From Candidatus Bathyarchaeota archaeon RBG_16_48_13 (lineage in GTDB: Archaea; Thermoproteota; Bathyarchaeia; RBG-16-48-13): DNA of 64,000 nt. How positions within the stretch are numbered: the first letter of the stretch is position 1; the number at the start of each line of letters is the position of its first letter. Of this stretch, positions 18,834 through 29,800 are shown one piece after another. Under the pieces are notes generated by a model. The model was not told the origin of the DNA. It did no database searches and was given only the letters and a program-made list of their open reading frames with translations. The position numbers were made by a program, and so were the translations under genes. The stretch is from the NCBI GenBank assembly GCA_001775995.1, contig MEZH01000007.1, forward strand, positions 200,714 through 264,713, read 5' to 3'.

Positions 18834-20161
18834 CTCTCATCATTCCACACTATGTCTATTACCTCAAACTCCATCTTTCTTGTTGGATTCTCGATTATCT
18901 GCGAGAAATTATCTTTAAACTCACCTTGCTTACCCACTAGCTCTTTAACATATCTTCCTCCAGTGGCAGAAATCGTGATTTCAATGGAGTTTTGTGTCAA
19001 TTTTTTCGCATTGGTTTCATATATCTGTTTTTCTGGATTGGAAGTCAACATCTTATTTGGAGAAGAAGGCCTTCTAGCTTCGAAGTATCTGTGTACCCCT
19101 TCCTGGAGTCTTGCTAGATTGATATCCGAAAGAGGGTTTTCAAATTCAACTACTATTCGATAGGTTTTCCTAAGCTCTCCTTGAGCCTTCAATCGCCTCA
19201 CATTTTCTTTTCCAGACACGCTGAGTCCAGCAACAATTATCTTCCCTTCAGAATCTTGTTGAATTTCCTCACAAATCTCGTGGAGCCTCAAATCTCTTTT
19301 CAGCGGGTTCTTAATCTCCAAAATGAATGGCCTACCAGTACCCATAATCCTTGTGTCAGCATTCTCTCTACCTGCAGCGTGAAACTTTTCATCGCTTCCT
19401 TTTGAAGCCTGAAGTAAGGGCTTTGCGATGTATTCTTCTACAGATTCCTTCGATATTGTTCCAGCTCCATTACATTTTGGACACCCCTTACCTCCGCAAG
19501 AGCCGCAAATTGATTTCGATTGGGATATACCCGCTGCCAGTTTACGATAACGGCCAGAAATATATAGGGGGTTGATTTGAAACGTAACTTCCTCTGAAAA
19601 GGGATTTACCATGATGACCACGTCAGGTCTCATGAGGTCGAATTCCCTTTTGGTCACCTTTGTCAATTCTTTTCCTATTTCCCGACTGAACTCATTTCTT
19701 ATAGTCTCTCCCCATTTAATTCCCATCTGAGATCTAAGTTCATCTTCCTTTTCAATTATTGATGAAGCAATTTTGACGCCTACTAAAAAAGTGTTGAAGC
19801 CAATATGGGAAATTTTTTGATTCGCCACATCAGCGATGCGACTTATTGCCTCAAACTTCCCGCTGCATAAGTAGCAGCTCTTCTCGATTGGAATCTCTTC
19901 TCTGCCGAGGTTCTGGAGAATCATTGCGGCGGCTTTTGAAGAGCCCCCTTTTACCAGAGACTCGAGCAATTCTATGCCCTCTGATTTCTTATCCAAAGCG
20001 AGAGCATGCCCCTCCATTGCAAGGCAATCTTTGATGATTTTCCCTCTTTCGCAGTTGGTTGTCCCATGCATGAGAAGAGCAAACTGTCGCCCTAAACAGT
20101 GATCACAGAGTGGATATTTTTCAATAATAGCCTTAGCCAAATCAAGAACTTTCAACCACAA
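18830..20161 (-). CDS. pus10: Pus10-family tRNA pseudouridine synthase homolog with the catalytic Asp replaced by Asn
   Basis: CDHCLGRQFA, THUMP-like region, GRYRKL, FHAAGRENADTRIMGTGRPFILEIKNP and GGRYVKEL. Located next to rpl21e. Confidence 0.9.
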   Translation of the reverse strand: MWLKVLDLAKAIIEKYPLCDHCLGRQFALLMHGTTNCERGKIIKDCLAMEGHALALDKKSEGIELLESLVKGGSSKAAAMILQNLGREEIPIEKSCYLCSGKFEAISRIADVANQKISHIGFNTFLVGVKIASSIIEKEDELRSQMGIKWGETIRNEFSREIGKELTKVTKREFDLMRPDVVIMVNPFSEEVTFQINPLYISGRYRKLAAGISQSKSICGSCGGKGCPKCNGAGTISKESVEEYIAKPLLQASKGSDEKFHAAGRENADTRIMGTGRPFILEIKNPLKRDLRLHEICEEIQQDSEGKIIVAGLSVSGKENVRRLKAQGELRKTYRIVVEFENPLSDINLARLQEGVHRYFEARRPSSPNKMLTSNPEKQIYETNAKKLTQNSIEITISATGGRYVKELVGKQGEFKDNFSQIIENPTRKMEFEVIDIVWNDER

Positions 20162-20218
20162 AACACCTGAAGACGTCCTAGAACTTCATAGAGGACCTAT
20201 GAATCTGAACCATCTATT

Positions 20219-21301
20219 ATGACGCAAAGCCCATTAATTACCCTTGCCTTCTTTTCATGGGAAGATATGTCATCATCACTCTTTGACATGGGCAAATATC
20301 CCTTCACCAAGGAAACTCAGGACTATAGGCTTCTTAGGCAGAATTACATCGCGGAAGAAGACTTGTTGAAGTCTGAGTTCACGATTTTGACCGATCGAGC
20401 CAAGTCAAGGATTCTACAATCACTCGAGAAGGGGATAGTAGATTTTCTGCCGGACATGGATCCAGAAATCGAGATATGGTCTTTTTCCATAGCTATGTAC
20501 ATTGTCGCGGCCATCGGTGATTCCTATTTGCGGAGACGATATGCGTTGGCCGAGGCGAAAAGGGTATATGAAATCCTAAGGACTGATCAGAGGGAAAGGT
20601 TGTTCAAAATTGCGGTTGAGACATTCAATTGGAACATAAAGAAAGAGATGCCCAATTTTGGCGAACAATATGATTTCGCTCTCCACTTCGTGAACTACTT
20701 GGCCAATGCGTTGATTTTTCAAGACGATAGATGGAAACTCGTCAATAGGCTCCTCACTAATTCATATGTCTTCTTGACTCGAGAGGAGACAGCTAGACTC
20801 TTGGAGGAAGAGGTCAGGAAATTCATAGAGTCGAGATTGGACAAGACAGATGCTATAATTCATATCCCTCCTTCAGAATTGTCAGATGAAATAAGACGCC
20901 ATCTGGACTTGGCGAGAAAAAAGGTGGAATATGAAGAACTGCCCAAGAATGCAATCATAGAAGCGTATCCATCTTGTATAAGGCAACTATATGACCACGT
21001 GGTTGCCGGGCAGCACCTTTCACATTTAGGGAGATTTGCATTGACAACGTTTCTCTTCAACATAGGAGTCACTGTGGATGAGATTGTGAAACTTTTCGCA
21101 AATCAGTCAGACTTCAACGAAAAAATGACTAGATATCAAGTGGAGCATATTGCCGGTTCAAAGGGATCAAAAACAAAATACAAGCCGCCCAATTGCGACA
21201 CTCTGAGAACACACGGTCTATGCCTGCTAAGGGTGGAGGAGTGCAGGAAAATAAAGAATCCTCTGGTATACTATGGAAGAAAAGTCAGGACGTATGGTTG
21301 A
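20219..21301 (+). CDS. priL: DNA primase large subunit
   Basis: KYPF, YPSCI, HLSHLGRF, YQVEHIAG and PPNCDTL..HGLC. Confidence 0.93.
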   Translation: MTQSPLITLAFFSWEDMSSSLFDMGKYPFTKETQDYRLLRQNYIAEEDLLKSEFTILTDRAKSRILQSLEKGIVDFLPDMDPEIEIWSFSIAMYIVAAIGDSYLRRRYALAEAKRVYEILRTDQRERLFKIAVETFNWNIKKEMPNFGEQYDFALHFVNYLANALIFQDDRWKLVNRLLTNSYVFLTREETARLLEEEVRKFIESRLDKTDAIIHIPPSELSDEIRRHLDLARKKVEYEELPKNAIIEAYPSCIRQLYDHVVAGQHLSHLGRFALTTFLFNIGVTVDEIVKLFANQSDFNEKMTRYQVEHIAGSKGSKTKYKPPNCDTLRTHGLCLLRVEECRKIKNPLVYYGRKVRTYG

Positions 21302-21315
21302 AGGAAAGATGAATC

Positions 21316-22551
21316 TTGGGAAAACGCGAAGAAGTCATCAGGCGCCAATTCAGCCAGTTCTATGAGAAGAATAATCACAAGATTACCTATCCTTCACACT
21401 TGGAGTCAAGAGAATTTGGGTTCCTTCTTTTCAAAGAAGGCTACATGGTAAGGCACAAGAGCTTCAGAGATTATCTTGCATTGAGAGATTTCATACGAGC
21501 GACATCACCATCTGATGTCTATTATTCCACCGCCTATTATAAAAGACCGGAATACGAGATGGAGAAGAAAGGATGGATGGGAGCAGATCTCTGCTTCGAT
21601 ATCGATGCAGACCACCTAGAGACTCCTTGCAAGCAGTCTCATGATTCCTGGAAATGCGTGCAATGCGGAACTGCAGGCTTCGGAAACCCCCCCGAGATCT
21701 GCCCCGCATGCCATGCAAAACGTTTTGAAGCCAACAATTGGTTCTGCAAAGACTGCCTGAAAGCTTCAAAACTGGAAACTCTGAGACTTTTGGCGGTGCT
21801 GAGGGAGGATTTCGGTTTTCAAACATCAGATCTTGATGTTTGTTTCTCAGGTCATAGAGGTTTTCATGTCCACGTAGAGGACAAGCGCGTTATCGGCCTC
21901 GATCAGTCTGCTCGAAAGGAAATTGTCGACTATGTTATGGGCACTGGAATAGACCTCAAATACTATGGTTTTCCACAAAAAGAAGCGATTCGGGGAAACA
22001 TAAGGACAAGATTCGATTCTGATGAACCGGGCTGGAGAGGCCGTGCAGCTAGAAATGTCCATGATTTCTTGCTGAATCTGAAAAAAGAGGATTTGAAAAG
22101 GCAGGGATTCACGGCAAGCATGGAAAATGTCCTTCTGAATAATAAGGAGGAAATCGCAAACGAGTTGACCGAAAAAGCCGAGCTGAAAACTTACAAGGGA
22201 TTGAACATTCGAGGATGGGAGAGAATTGTGTATTTAGCTTTGAAGACTAGCGGTATCGAGATCGATACCGTTGTTACAGTCGATATTCACCGCCTGATAC
22301 GGTTGCCATATACTCTCCACAGAAAGACCGGCTTCATGGTTGTCGTCGTTCCAATTGACAGGCTTTTTGACTTTGATCCTTTTGCAGACGCTATAGCATT
22401 CAAAGAGGGTACAATGAAACTGCATGTCTCGGCGAGCCAAAAATTCGAAGTGGCAAGCTATGAGTATGGTCCTTATAAGGACGAAGACGTAGAATTACCT
22501 ATGGCATCAGCGATGTTTTTGTTATGTAAAGGCTTAGCCGAACCTCTCTGA
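21316..22551 (+). CDS. priS: DNA primase small subunit
   Basis: REFGF, LCFDIDAD, FSGHRGFH and IDTVVTVDIHRLIRLP. Confidence 0.95.
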   Translation: MGKREEVIRRQFSQFYEKNNHKITYPSHLESREFGFLLFKEGYMVRHKSFRDYLALRDFIRATSPSDVYYSTAYYKRPEYEMEKKGWMGADLCFDIDADHLETPCKQSHDSWKCVQCGTAGFGNPPEICPACHAKRFEANNWFCKDCLKASKLETLRLLAVLREDFGFQTSDLDVCFSGHRGFHVHVEDKRVIGLDQSARKEIVDYVMGTGIDLKYYGFPQKEAIRGNIRTRFDSDEPGWRGRAARNVHDFLLNLKKEDLKRQGFTASMENVLLNNKEEIANELTEKAELKTYKGLNIRGWERIVYLALKTSGIEIDTVVTVDIHRLIRLPYTLHRKTGFMVVVVPIDRLFDFDPFADAIAFKEGTMKLHVSASQKFEVASYEYGPYKDEDVELPMASAMFLLCKGLAEPL

Positions 22552-23121
22552 GTGAAGAATATGTATGAGGAGATATACAAAGCTTGGAAGAATGAAATAG
22601 AGAATTCGCTCCTCCAACCACTGCAAAGAGATTTCTACTCAAAGTCAAGCTTGTATATGAAGAGACTCCTAGCGGAAAAGGAGAATATCGATGAAAAATC
22701 TCTCAAATTCCGCTTGATCACAGGCGAATATGGCAATGCCAGAAGATTGATCATCGATCTTTGTAACTTACGTTTCAAGAAGATTGCAGACTTGGCATAT
22801 GAAGGACAGTCTGTACCTGAGACGACCCTTACGGATGAAGAAGAACTCTACTTTGAGAATCTCCTAAATGCGGCAACCCATTTCTCAAGGACGTCTAGAG
22901 ATCTTGTAGAAGGTCAGTTGATTACCATTGAAACGCCCCAGGATGAGAGAAAGCCAAAAAGAATATTAGTTCGATTTACCCGAGAGATTCCCGCCATAAT
23001 CGGAGTTGATATGAAGCCCTACGGCCCGTTCAAGTCTGAAGACGTGGCAACTTTACCCTTGGAAAATGTTGAGAACTTGGTAAAGCAAGGTGTCGCCATT
23101 AAGCTTGAGGTTGATCAATAG
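22552..23121 (+). CDS. GINS subunit (Gins15/Gins51-like)
   Basis: N-terminal A domain, C-terminal LVRF..IPAIIGVDMKPYGPF..DVATLP..N B domain. Located after priS. Confidence 0.85.
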   Translation: MKNMYEEIYKAWKNEIENSLLQPLQRDFYSKSSLYMKRLLAEKENIDEKSLKFRLITGEYGNARRLIIDLCNLRFKKIADLAYEGQSVPETTLTDEEELYFENLLNAATHFSRTSRDLVEGQLITIETPQDERKPKRILVRFTREIPAIIGVDMKPYGPFKSEDVATLPLENVENLVKQGVAIKLEVDQ

Positions 23122-23400
23122 ATGAAAGCGCCAAAAACCATAATCACTCACTGCCCAAAATGCAAAAAGCATACAGAGCATCTCGTAACACTTTACAAAA
23201 AAGGAAAAGAGAGAACCCTGGCAGCCGGCAAGAGGCGTCATGAAAGAGAAAAGCACGGCTACGGCGGACAGAAATTTCCTGAGCAAAAGAAGTTCGCCAA
23301 GACTACAAAAAAGCAGATGCTCAAGCTGAGATGTAAAGTGTGCAATTACACTTTGCAGAGACGCGGTATTAGATTGAAGAAACTTGAGATAGCCACCTAG
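23122..23400 (+). CDS. rpl44e: 50S ribosomal protein L44e
   Basis: CPKCKKHTEH, GYGGQ and KTTKK..C..C. Confidence 0.96.
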   Translation: MKAPKTIITHCPKCKKHTEHLVTLYKKGKERTLAAGKRRHEREKHGYGGQKFPEQKKFAKTTKKQMLKLRCKVCNYTLQRRGIRLKKLEIAT

Positions 23401-23411
23401 GTGATCTTCGA

Positions 23412-23609
23412 ATGTCTAAATGGAAGAATCTCATCCCCAGACCTAAGAGCAATTTTGCTCAGGTCAAATGCGCGAGTTGTGGAAATGAGCAGATTATTTT
23501 TCTCAGCCCAGCTACCCCTGTGACATGCAATGTCTGCAGTGCAATTCTGGCAGTATCAAGAGGAGGTAAGGCGGAGATCAAGGGAGAAATAATATCAATC
23601 CTTGAGTAG
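23412..23609 (+). CDS. rps27e: 30S ribosomal protein S27e
   Basis: PRPKSNF.QVKCASCGNEQ..C..C..GGKA. Confidence 0.96.
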   Translation: MSKWKNLIPRPKSNFAQVKCASCGNEQIIFLSPATPVTCNVCSAILAVSRGGKAEIKGEIISILE

Positions 23610-23632
23610 AGCATCTAGCGGAGTAGCTTCGG

Positions 23633-24424
23633 ATGTCCAAAGAAAAAGATGGTTGGCCTGACGCCGGAGACCTAATCGTCGGTACCGTGTCGCGGGTCTT
23701 ACCGTATGGCGCTTATGTAACACTCGACGAATACGAAAAGAGAGAAGGACTCATTCACATTTCAGAGATCAGCTCGACTTGGATCAAAAACATTAGGGAC
23801 TATGTCCGGGAAGGACAAAAGATCGTTGCCAAGGTTTTGAGGGTTGACCCCGCGAAGGGACATGTGGACCTTTCTCTAAGGCGAGTAACGGGCAGAGAAA
23901 AGAAGGATAAAATGGTCGCCTTTAAGAAGGCAAATAGGGCTGAGGGCCTCTTGAAACTGGCGGCTGAGAGACTAGGGATAACCCCCGAGGAAGCTTACTC
24001 GAGGCTTGGCTCCAAAATAGAGGACCATTTTGCAGGTCTATATGAGGGCTTCGAAGAGGTAGTTGAGAAGGGCGGAGCAGCCCTAGTCAAGATTGGCATT
24101 TCTGAAGAAGAAGCAAATATCATCGCTGAGATCACCCAAAGCAAGCTCAAGATCCCAAAGGTCAAGATAAAAGGAATCTTAGAGCTTCAATGCTCTGGTC
24201 CAGATGGAGTCAACACTATTAAAGAGATCCTTCTGAAATCAAAGAATATTAGAAGACCTAGGGAGACAGATATCAGCATATACGTCGTGGCTGCTCCTAG
24301 ATATAGAGTCGAGATTACGGCCAAGAATTACAGGGATGCCGAGAAGGTTCTTCACAACCTGACCGAAAACGCCTTGAGCGTCATAAAGGAAGAGGGCGGC
24401 TCAGGCACCTTCAAAAGAGAGTGA
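23633..24424 (+). CDS. eif2a: Translation initiation factor aIF2 alpha
   Basis: S1 domain GAYVTLDEY..EGLIHISEISS, HVDLSLRRV and AAPRYR. Confidence 0.96.
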   Translation: MSKEKDGWPDAGDLIVGTVSRVLPYGAYVTLDEYEKREGLIHISEISSTWIKNIRDYVREGQKIVAKVLRVDPAKGHVDLSLRRVTGREKKDKMVAFKKANRAEGLLKLAAERLGITPEEAYSRLGSKIEDHFAGLYEGFEEVVEKGGAALVKIGISEEEANIIAEITQSKLKIPKVKIKGILELQCSGPDGVNTIKEILLKSKNIRRPRETDISIYVVAAPRYRVEITAKNYRDAEKVLHNLTENALSVIKEEGGSGTFKRE

Positions 24425-24430
24425 TGATTT

Positions 24431-24604
24431 CTGGTTTGGATGCTTAGGAAGTGCGAAATTTGCGGAAGGTACTCTATGAAAACGGAAAAGTGCCCCAGCT
24501 GTGAGGGGACGCTTCGCATACCACATCCCCCCAAGTTTTCTCCCGAGGACAAGTACGAGAAGTACAGGAGAGAACTCAAAAGGATGTCAGAGAAAAAAGG
24601 CTAA
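24431..24604 (+). CDS. nop10: H/ACA RNP protein Nop10
   Basis: Manual translation (L/M)VWMLRKCEICGRYSM..CPSC..PHPPKFSPEDKY. Start is CTG 24431 or ATG 24440. Confidence 0.93.
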   Translation: MVWMLRKCEICGRYSMKTEKCPSCEGTLRIPHPPKFSPEDKYEKYRRELKRMSEKKG

Positions 24605-24625
24605 GACTAGCCACGACTATTTTGA

Positions 24626-26761
24626 CTAGGACACGCCGGTATAATTGACCTGGTATACTAATACCCATCGGCTGGTCGAAGCAAAGACCAAGTTGAAATG
24701 CTCAGGTGCCGAGTAACTGGACACTGGGGATCCACCTATGCCATTCCAGATCATCTTACCCAAGACCGTATTAGCATTGGGTATTCCGTAGCTGTTACCT
24801 GACGAATCTTTTGTAGTTTCTTCGAATTCAGTTTCGTTCAAGCCTGCTATCCTTGCCATCCAGCGCCATTTTCCGTCTTCCCCGAAACCATAAAATTTGA
24901 CGTCCTGTGAACCTGTCGTCGATGATGTGGTTGAGGACCAAGTGACGAAGACCACAACGTGAGTCACATCATGGGCTTTCAGGATCTTTGTGGCTTGCGT
25001 CTCGTTAGAGAGAAACATTTGTCCTATCTGGGCGATCTGGGTCGAGTTTATGGTTCCATTGTCTGCCAGCGTAGTATGGTTACCTATGACAGTGATCCAA
25101 TATCCGTAGTCCCACCATGCGGCGACCACTGATTCTCTCGGTAGATTATCATTCATCCATGAGAGGGCTTGAATCCAATCATCAAATGAGTTCGCATCTG
25201 TCGGTCTTACTGGCAGGGAGGAAGAAGCCAAAGTCGTTGGAGTATATGACGAGTCTACGGCGCGAGACAAAGGAGGAAAGACCAACAGGAGGAGTATAAT
25301 GACAAAGATCGCGCCGAATTCTCGGCCTACTTTGGGAACAAAGCGCCGCTTCTTGCTGAAAATCACGGTTTCTCGTGCAATATTGATAAATGGCTTAACC
25401 AGCTCGACCACGGCCACGGAGGCCAATATCGCCAAAGCTGGAGCCAGAATTAAAGTCAGTCTGACCATGGAAGCCGCGAAATAGAGTGCTGTAATGCCCA
25501 AGAGGACCACAAACAGATCACGCACGTTGCTTCTCCGGAGCAGGAAGTAGAATCCCAAAGGGGCTATGAATAGGATGGAGCCCATTTCATAAAAGAATGA
25601 GGCCCAAGTTGCAGGCCTATGTTCTGCAACAGACTCTATTAGTGGTTGAGTGACTCTTTCAAAGGGGTTCAACACTGATATAAATTTCGCAACGAGAGGT
25701 GATACGAGCCCGAAGTACTCCAACAGAAGGTATGTCGATCCGAGTGCTATGAAGAAGACACCGAATGATGCTATTCTCATATTTGAGTTTTGGATATTTC
25801 GCGTGAACTCCATCATGCACAAAAGCAGTGCCATGCCAATAGCAGATAGCGTTGGGAGTTGAGTTAGAAAGCCTACTCCTATCCTCGGAACCTGTATCGC
25901 TATTAGGAAGGCTATGCTTATGGTCACGCTGTACGAAACCAATAGTCTCCTTGAGTATTTCCTGAAGACGATGAGAACTCCTGCGAACAGAGCAATGAGA
26001 CTTACTACATATATGGAGGCGCCCCATGTAGCTTGCAGGTATCCCAAGCTAAGACCAGTAGCTATCGCATAGAGGATAGTGCCTTTAAGTGTCCTACGAG
26101 AATCCAGAGAACGCAGAAACAGCAAAGCCACTAGAACGAGGGTGAAGACACCTACCGTCTCGTCATCAAAGAATCCCAGCGAGGTTCGGCTTATGTGGCT
26201 TGCACTGAGGGCGATGAAAAGAGCGGAGAAAATACCCACTTCCTTTCCTCCAATGTCTTTGCCTAGAAAGTAAACCAAGATGATTGTCAAAACGCCCATG
26301 AGTACAGGCCAGATTACACAAACATCAAATACTGTCAAATTCAGACCTAGGACATTCAAGAAAGTGTATAAGGCAGCGGCGGAGAAGGGAATGCCGGGAT
26401 ATGATGACTGCGCCACACTTCTTCCCCAAGGGAACCAGACAGTGTTATCATGCCAACTGAACCATGCCAGGTATCCATGGTCGACAATATATTGGGTTTG
26501 ATGGTATTGCCAATACGGATCAAATTCGGTCAAATAGAATCCCCAGCGCACAGAGAGTGACCTTAGCATTGCGCCTATTACCACGATTAGAGCCAAGGCG
26601 CCCAAACTGAAGATCAACGATCTTGTGAATTTATGGCGTATCGACCCGATGGATCTGAGAGAGCCCATCACCGTCTCGCTACTAAAATAATCCTTGGTTG
26701 ACCCCTTTAGCCTCTCTTTAGTCCTCGTTGAACTCAAGTCAATATCTCCCAAATGAAACAA
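24626..26761 (-). CDS. aglB: Oligosaccharyltransferase AglB/STT3
   Basis: EFDPY, GFFDDE, SVAEH, WWDYG and DNGT motifs with many TM helices. The true start may be downstream. Confidence 0.95.
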   Translation of the reverse strand: MFHLGDIDLSSTRTKERLKGSTKDYFSSETVMGSLRSIGSIRHKFTRSLIFSLGALALIVVIGAMLRSLSVRWGFYLTEFDPYWQYHQTQYIVDHGYLAWFSWHDNTVWFPWGRSVAQSSYPGIPFSAAALYTFLNVLGLNLTVFDVCVIWPVLMGVLTIILVYFLGKDIGGKEVGIFSALFIALSASHISRTSLGFFDDETVGVFTLVLVALLFLRSLDSRRTLKGTILYAIATGLSLGYLQATWGASIYVVSLIALFAGVLIVFRKYSRRLLVSYSVTISIAFLIAIQVPRIGVGFLTQLPTLSAIGMALLLCMMEFTRNIQNSNMRIASFGVFFIALGSTYLLLEYFGLVSPLVAKFISVLNPFERVTQPLIESVAEHRPATWASFFYEMGSILFIAPLGFYFLLRRSNVRDLFVVLLGITALYFAASMVRLTLILAPALAILASVAVVELVKPFINIARETVIFSKKRRFVPKVGREFGAIFVIILLLLVFPPLSRAVDSSYTPTTLASSSLPVRPTDANSFDDWIQALSWMNDNLPRESVVAAWWDYGYWITVIGNHTTLADNGTINSTQIAQIGQMFLSNETQATKILKAHDVTHVVVFVTWSSTTSSTTGSQDVKFYGFGEDGKWRWMARIAGLNETEFEETTKDSSGNSYGIPNANTVLGKMIWNGIGGSPVSSYSAPEHFNLVFASTSRWVLVYQVNYTGVS

Positions 26762-26871
26762 AAGCTTTATGGAACATTCTATTTGAGTTACAGTTTAACC
26801 GTTTACTCATTTATGATCGATCTTAAAAGCTTACTCTTTAGAACCTGCATCAAATCAATAAGACCTTAAGG

Positions 26872-29800
26872 TTGATGGAGACTGTGGTCAAAGGCGACAT
26901 GAAAGGCTATAGCCCTAGAAGGCTGGAGAAGGAAGTCTCAACATGGTGGCAGGAGAATCAAATCTATGAAAAAAGCAAGATCGCTAGAAATAAAGGCCCC
27001 AAATTCTATTTCTTGGATGGCCCACCCTACGTGACAAACCCTATTCACGTAGGAACTACTTGGAACAAATCCATTAAAGACGCAGTAATTCGATTCAAAC
27101 GCATGCGCGGTTACAATGTCAGAGCACAGCCTGGCTTTGATACGCATGGTCTCCCAATTGAGGTGATGGTGGAGAAACGCTTAGGGATCCAGAACAAGCG
27201 TGAAATAGAAGAGAAGTTAACGGTCAGGAGGTTTGTCGAAGAATGCCGAAGATTCGCCCTAGAGAATCTCAGGATTTTGACAGATCAATTCAAGGATCTA
27301 GGTGTCTGGATGGACTGGGACAAACCTTACGTCACATTGAAGGATGAGTATATAGAGTCGGTCTGGTGGCTCTTCAAACGAGCCCATGAAAAAGGGGTTC
27401 TAAAGAGAGGGACGAAATCCGTACATTGGTGCTATCGATGTGGCACTGTCTTATCAGGCTATGAGGTGGCCCAGGAATATAGAGAGGTTGAGGATATCTC
27501 TGTATACGTCAAGTTCCCAGTAAGGGGAAAGGAGTCTCTATTAGTTTGGACAACAACGCCGTGGACCATCCCAGCTAACGTTGCGGTTATGGTGCACCCA
27601 GAAGCTGAATATGTTAGAGTCCAAGTGGACAACGAGATCCTAATATTGGCTCAAGAGCGTTGCACTATCTTCGGCGAAATGGGAAAGACCTACAAGGTTC
27701 TCGAAAAGTTCCAAGGGAAGATGTTGAGGGACGTAACATACTGCGCTCCTTTGTCTAATGAGGTACCTGCTCAAAGGAGACTGAAAGGAGCTCATAGGGT
27801 TATTCTCAACTCTCAGTTTGTGACAATGGTTGAGGGGACGGGCTGTGTTCACGTTGCGCCTGGCCACGGCGAGGAAGATTTTGAGGTAGGTGTGGAAAAC
27901 AAACTTCCTGTGCTGTCCCCTGTAGATGATAATGGGCGTTTTACTGATCAAGGAGGAAAATATGAGGGCAAAATGGTCTTTGATGCCAACAAGGATATAC
28001 TGCAAGACCTTGCGAAAAAGAACCTCCTTTTCCATACCGCCCTCATAAAACATAGGTATCCTCACTGTTGGCGCTGCAAGACTCCGCTAATATTGAGGAC
28101 AACCGATCAATGGTTCATAACCGTCTCCGAATTTCGAGACAAGTTATCTGAATCTAATTCACGCATAAACTGGGTTCCGAAATGGGCGGGGGAAGCACGT
28201 TTTGGAAAGTGGTTAAGCGAGGCTCGGGACTGGGTGGTAAGTCGACAACGTTATTGGGGTTCACCTTTACCCATTTGGATATGCAAGACATGCGGAACTC
28301 ACATAGCAATTGGCTCCAAAGCAGAACTTAGAAAGAGAGCAACAAAGAAATTTGCTGAGATCGAGCTTCACAGACCTTGGGTTGATGAAATCTATTTGAA
28401 ATGCGAGTGTGGAGGCATCATGCAAAGGGTTTCTGATATAATCGATGTTTGGGTAGATTCAGGTGTCGCGTCATGGGCCTGCCTCGGCTTTCCGAATGAC
28501 AAGACAGAATTCGATGATTGGTGGCCCGCCGATTTCATAACAGAGGGACATGACCAGACGCGAGGATGGTTCTACACACTTCTCGTTTCCAGTCTGGTCG
28601 CCTTTGGTGAAGCGCCTTATATGAACGTGTTAATGCATGGCTTCACACTAGATGAAAAAGGCAGAGAAATGCACAAGTCCTTGGGCAATTTCGTTTCCCC
28701 TGAAGAAGTCTACAATAAGTATGGAAGAGATACATTGAGATGGTTCGAAATGAGTTGCACCACGTGGGAGGACTTGAAGTTCTCTTGGAAAGGTGTCGAA
28801 GAATCCTTTAGGAGCTTACAGATCTTATGGAACATATTCAACTTTACGCATCTTTACATGAGTCTAGACAAATTCACCCCCCAAAAATGGCCTTTGAGAA
28901 GGGTGGGAAAGAACTTGCGGCTGGAGGATTCATGGTTAATATCGAAGACTGAAAATTTAAAATCAGAAGTAACAAAGAGCATGGAGAGCCTGAGCGTTCA
29001 CAACGCGGTTAGGGCATTAAACTCCTTTATTTTGGAGGATCTAAGTCGCTGGTACATAAAACTGGTCAGAAGAAGACTATGGCAAGAAAAGACAGACCCC
29101 GACAAATTAGCGGCTTATTCTACCATGTATTATGTTCTAGAAAGCGTTCTGATCATGTGCGCACCATTTATCCCCTTTTTGACGGAGAGCCTCCACCAAA
29201 TGCTGGTCCAGCCCCCGAGTGGCAAAACCCGCAGAAGCATTCACATGGAGAATTGGCCTGACATTCATCCAGATAATTTGAATATTCACCTGGAAGAAGA
29301 GATGGAGATCGCTAGAAACGTAACAAGAGCTGTGGCAAGCGCGCGACAAATCGCCAAGATCAAGTTGAGACAACCCATCATCTCCGTCCTGATAGCAACT
29401 GAAGACGTAGGAGTACGAAAAGCAGTGGAAGAGCTGAAAGATGTGATCTTGGATCAGGTCAATTCGAAGTCCGTGGAATTCCTTGGCGCTGCCGAGGAGC
29501 AGAAACTGAAGACTGTCAAAGCATTTCCTAGATACGAGACTCTCGGACCCTCATTCCGAAGAAAATCGGCTATGATTGGTGAGGCGATCAAGAGAGCAGA
29601 TGGCAGAAGGATTCTGGAGAGCTTTGAAAAGGAGAAGACCTGGAGTCTAATTTTGGGCGAAGAAGAATTCACCATAACGCCTAATCAAGTTTCATTCGAG
29701 GAAGGGTTATCAGAGGACTACGTTTCGAACGGGTTTAACGATGGAATGGTTTACATTAATACAAAGATATCCAAGGATTTGCTTCAAGAGGGATTAGCGA

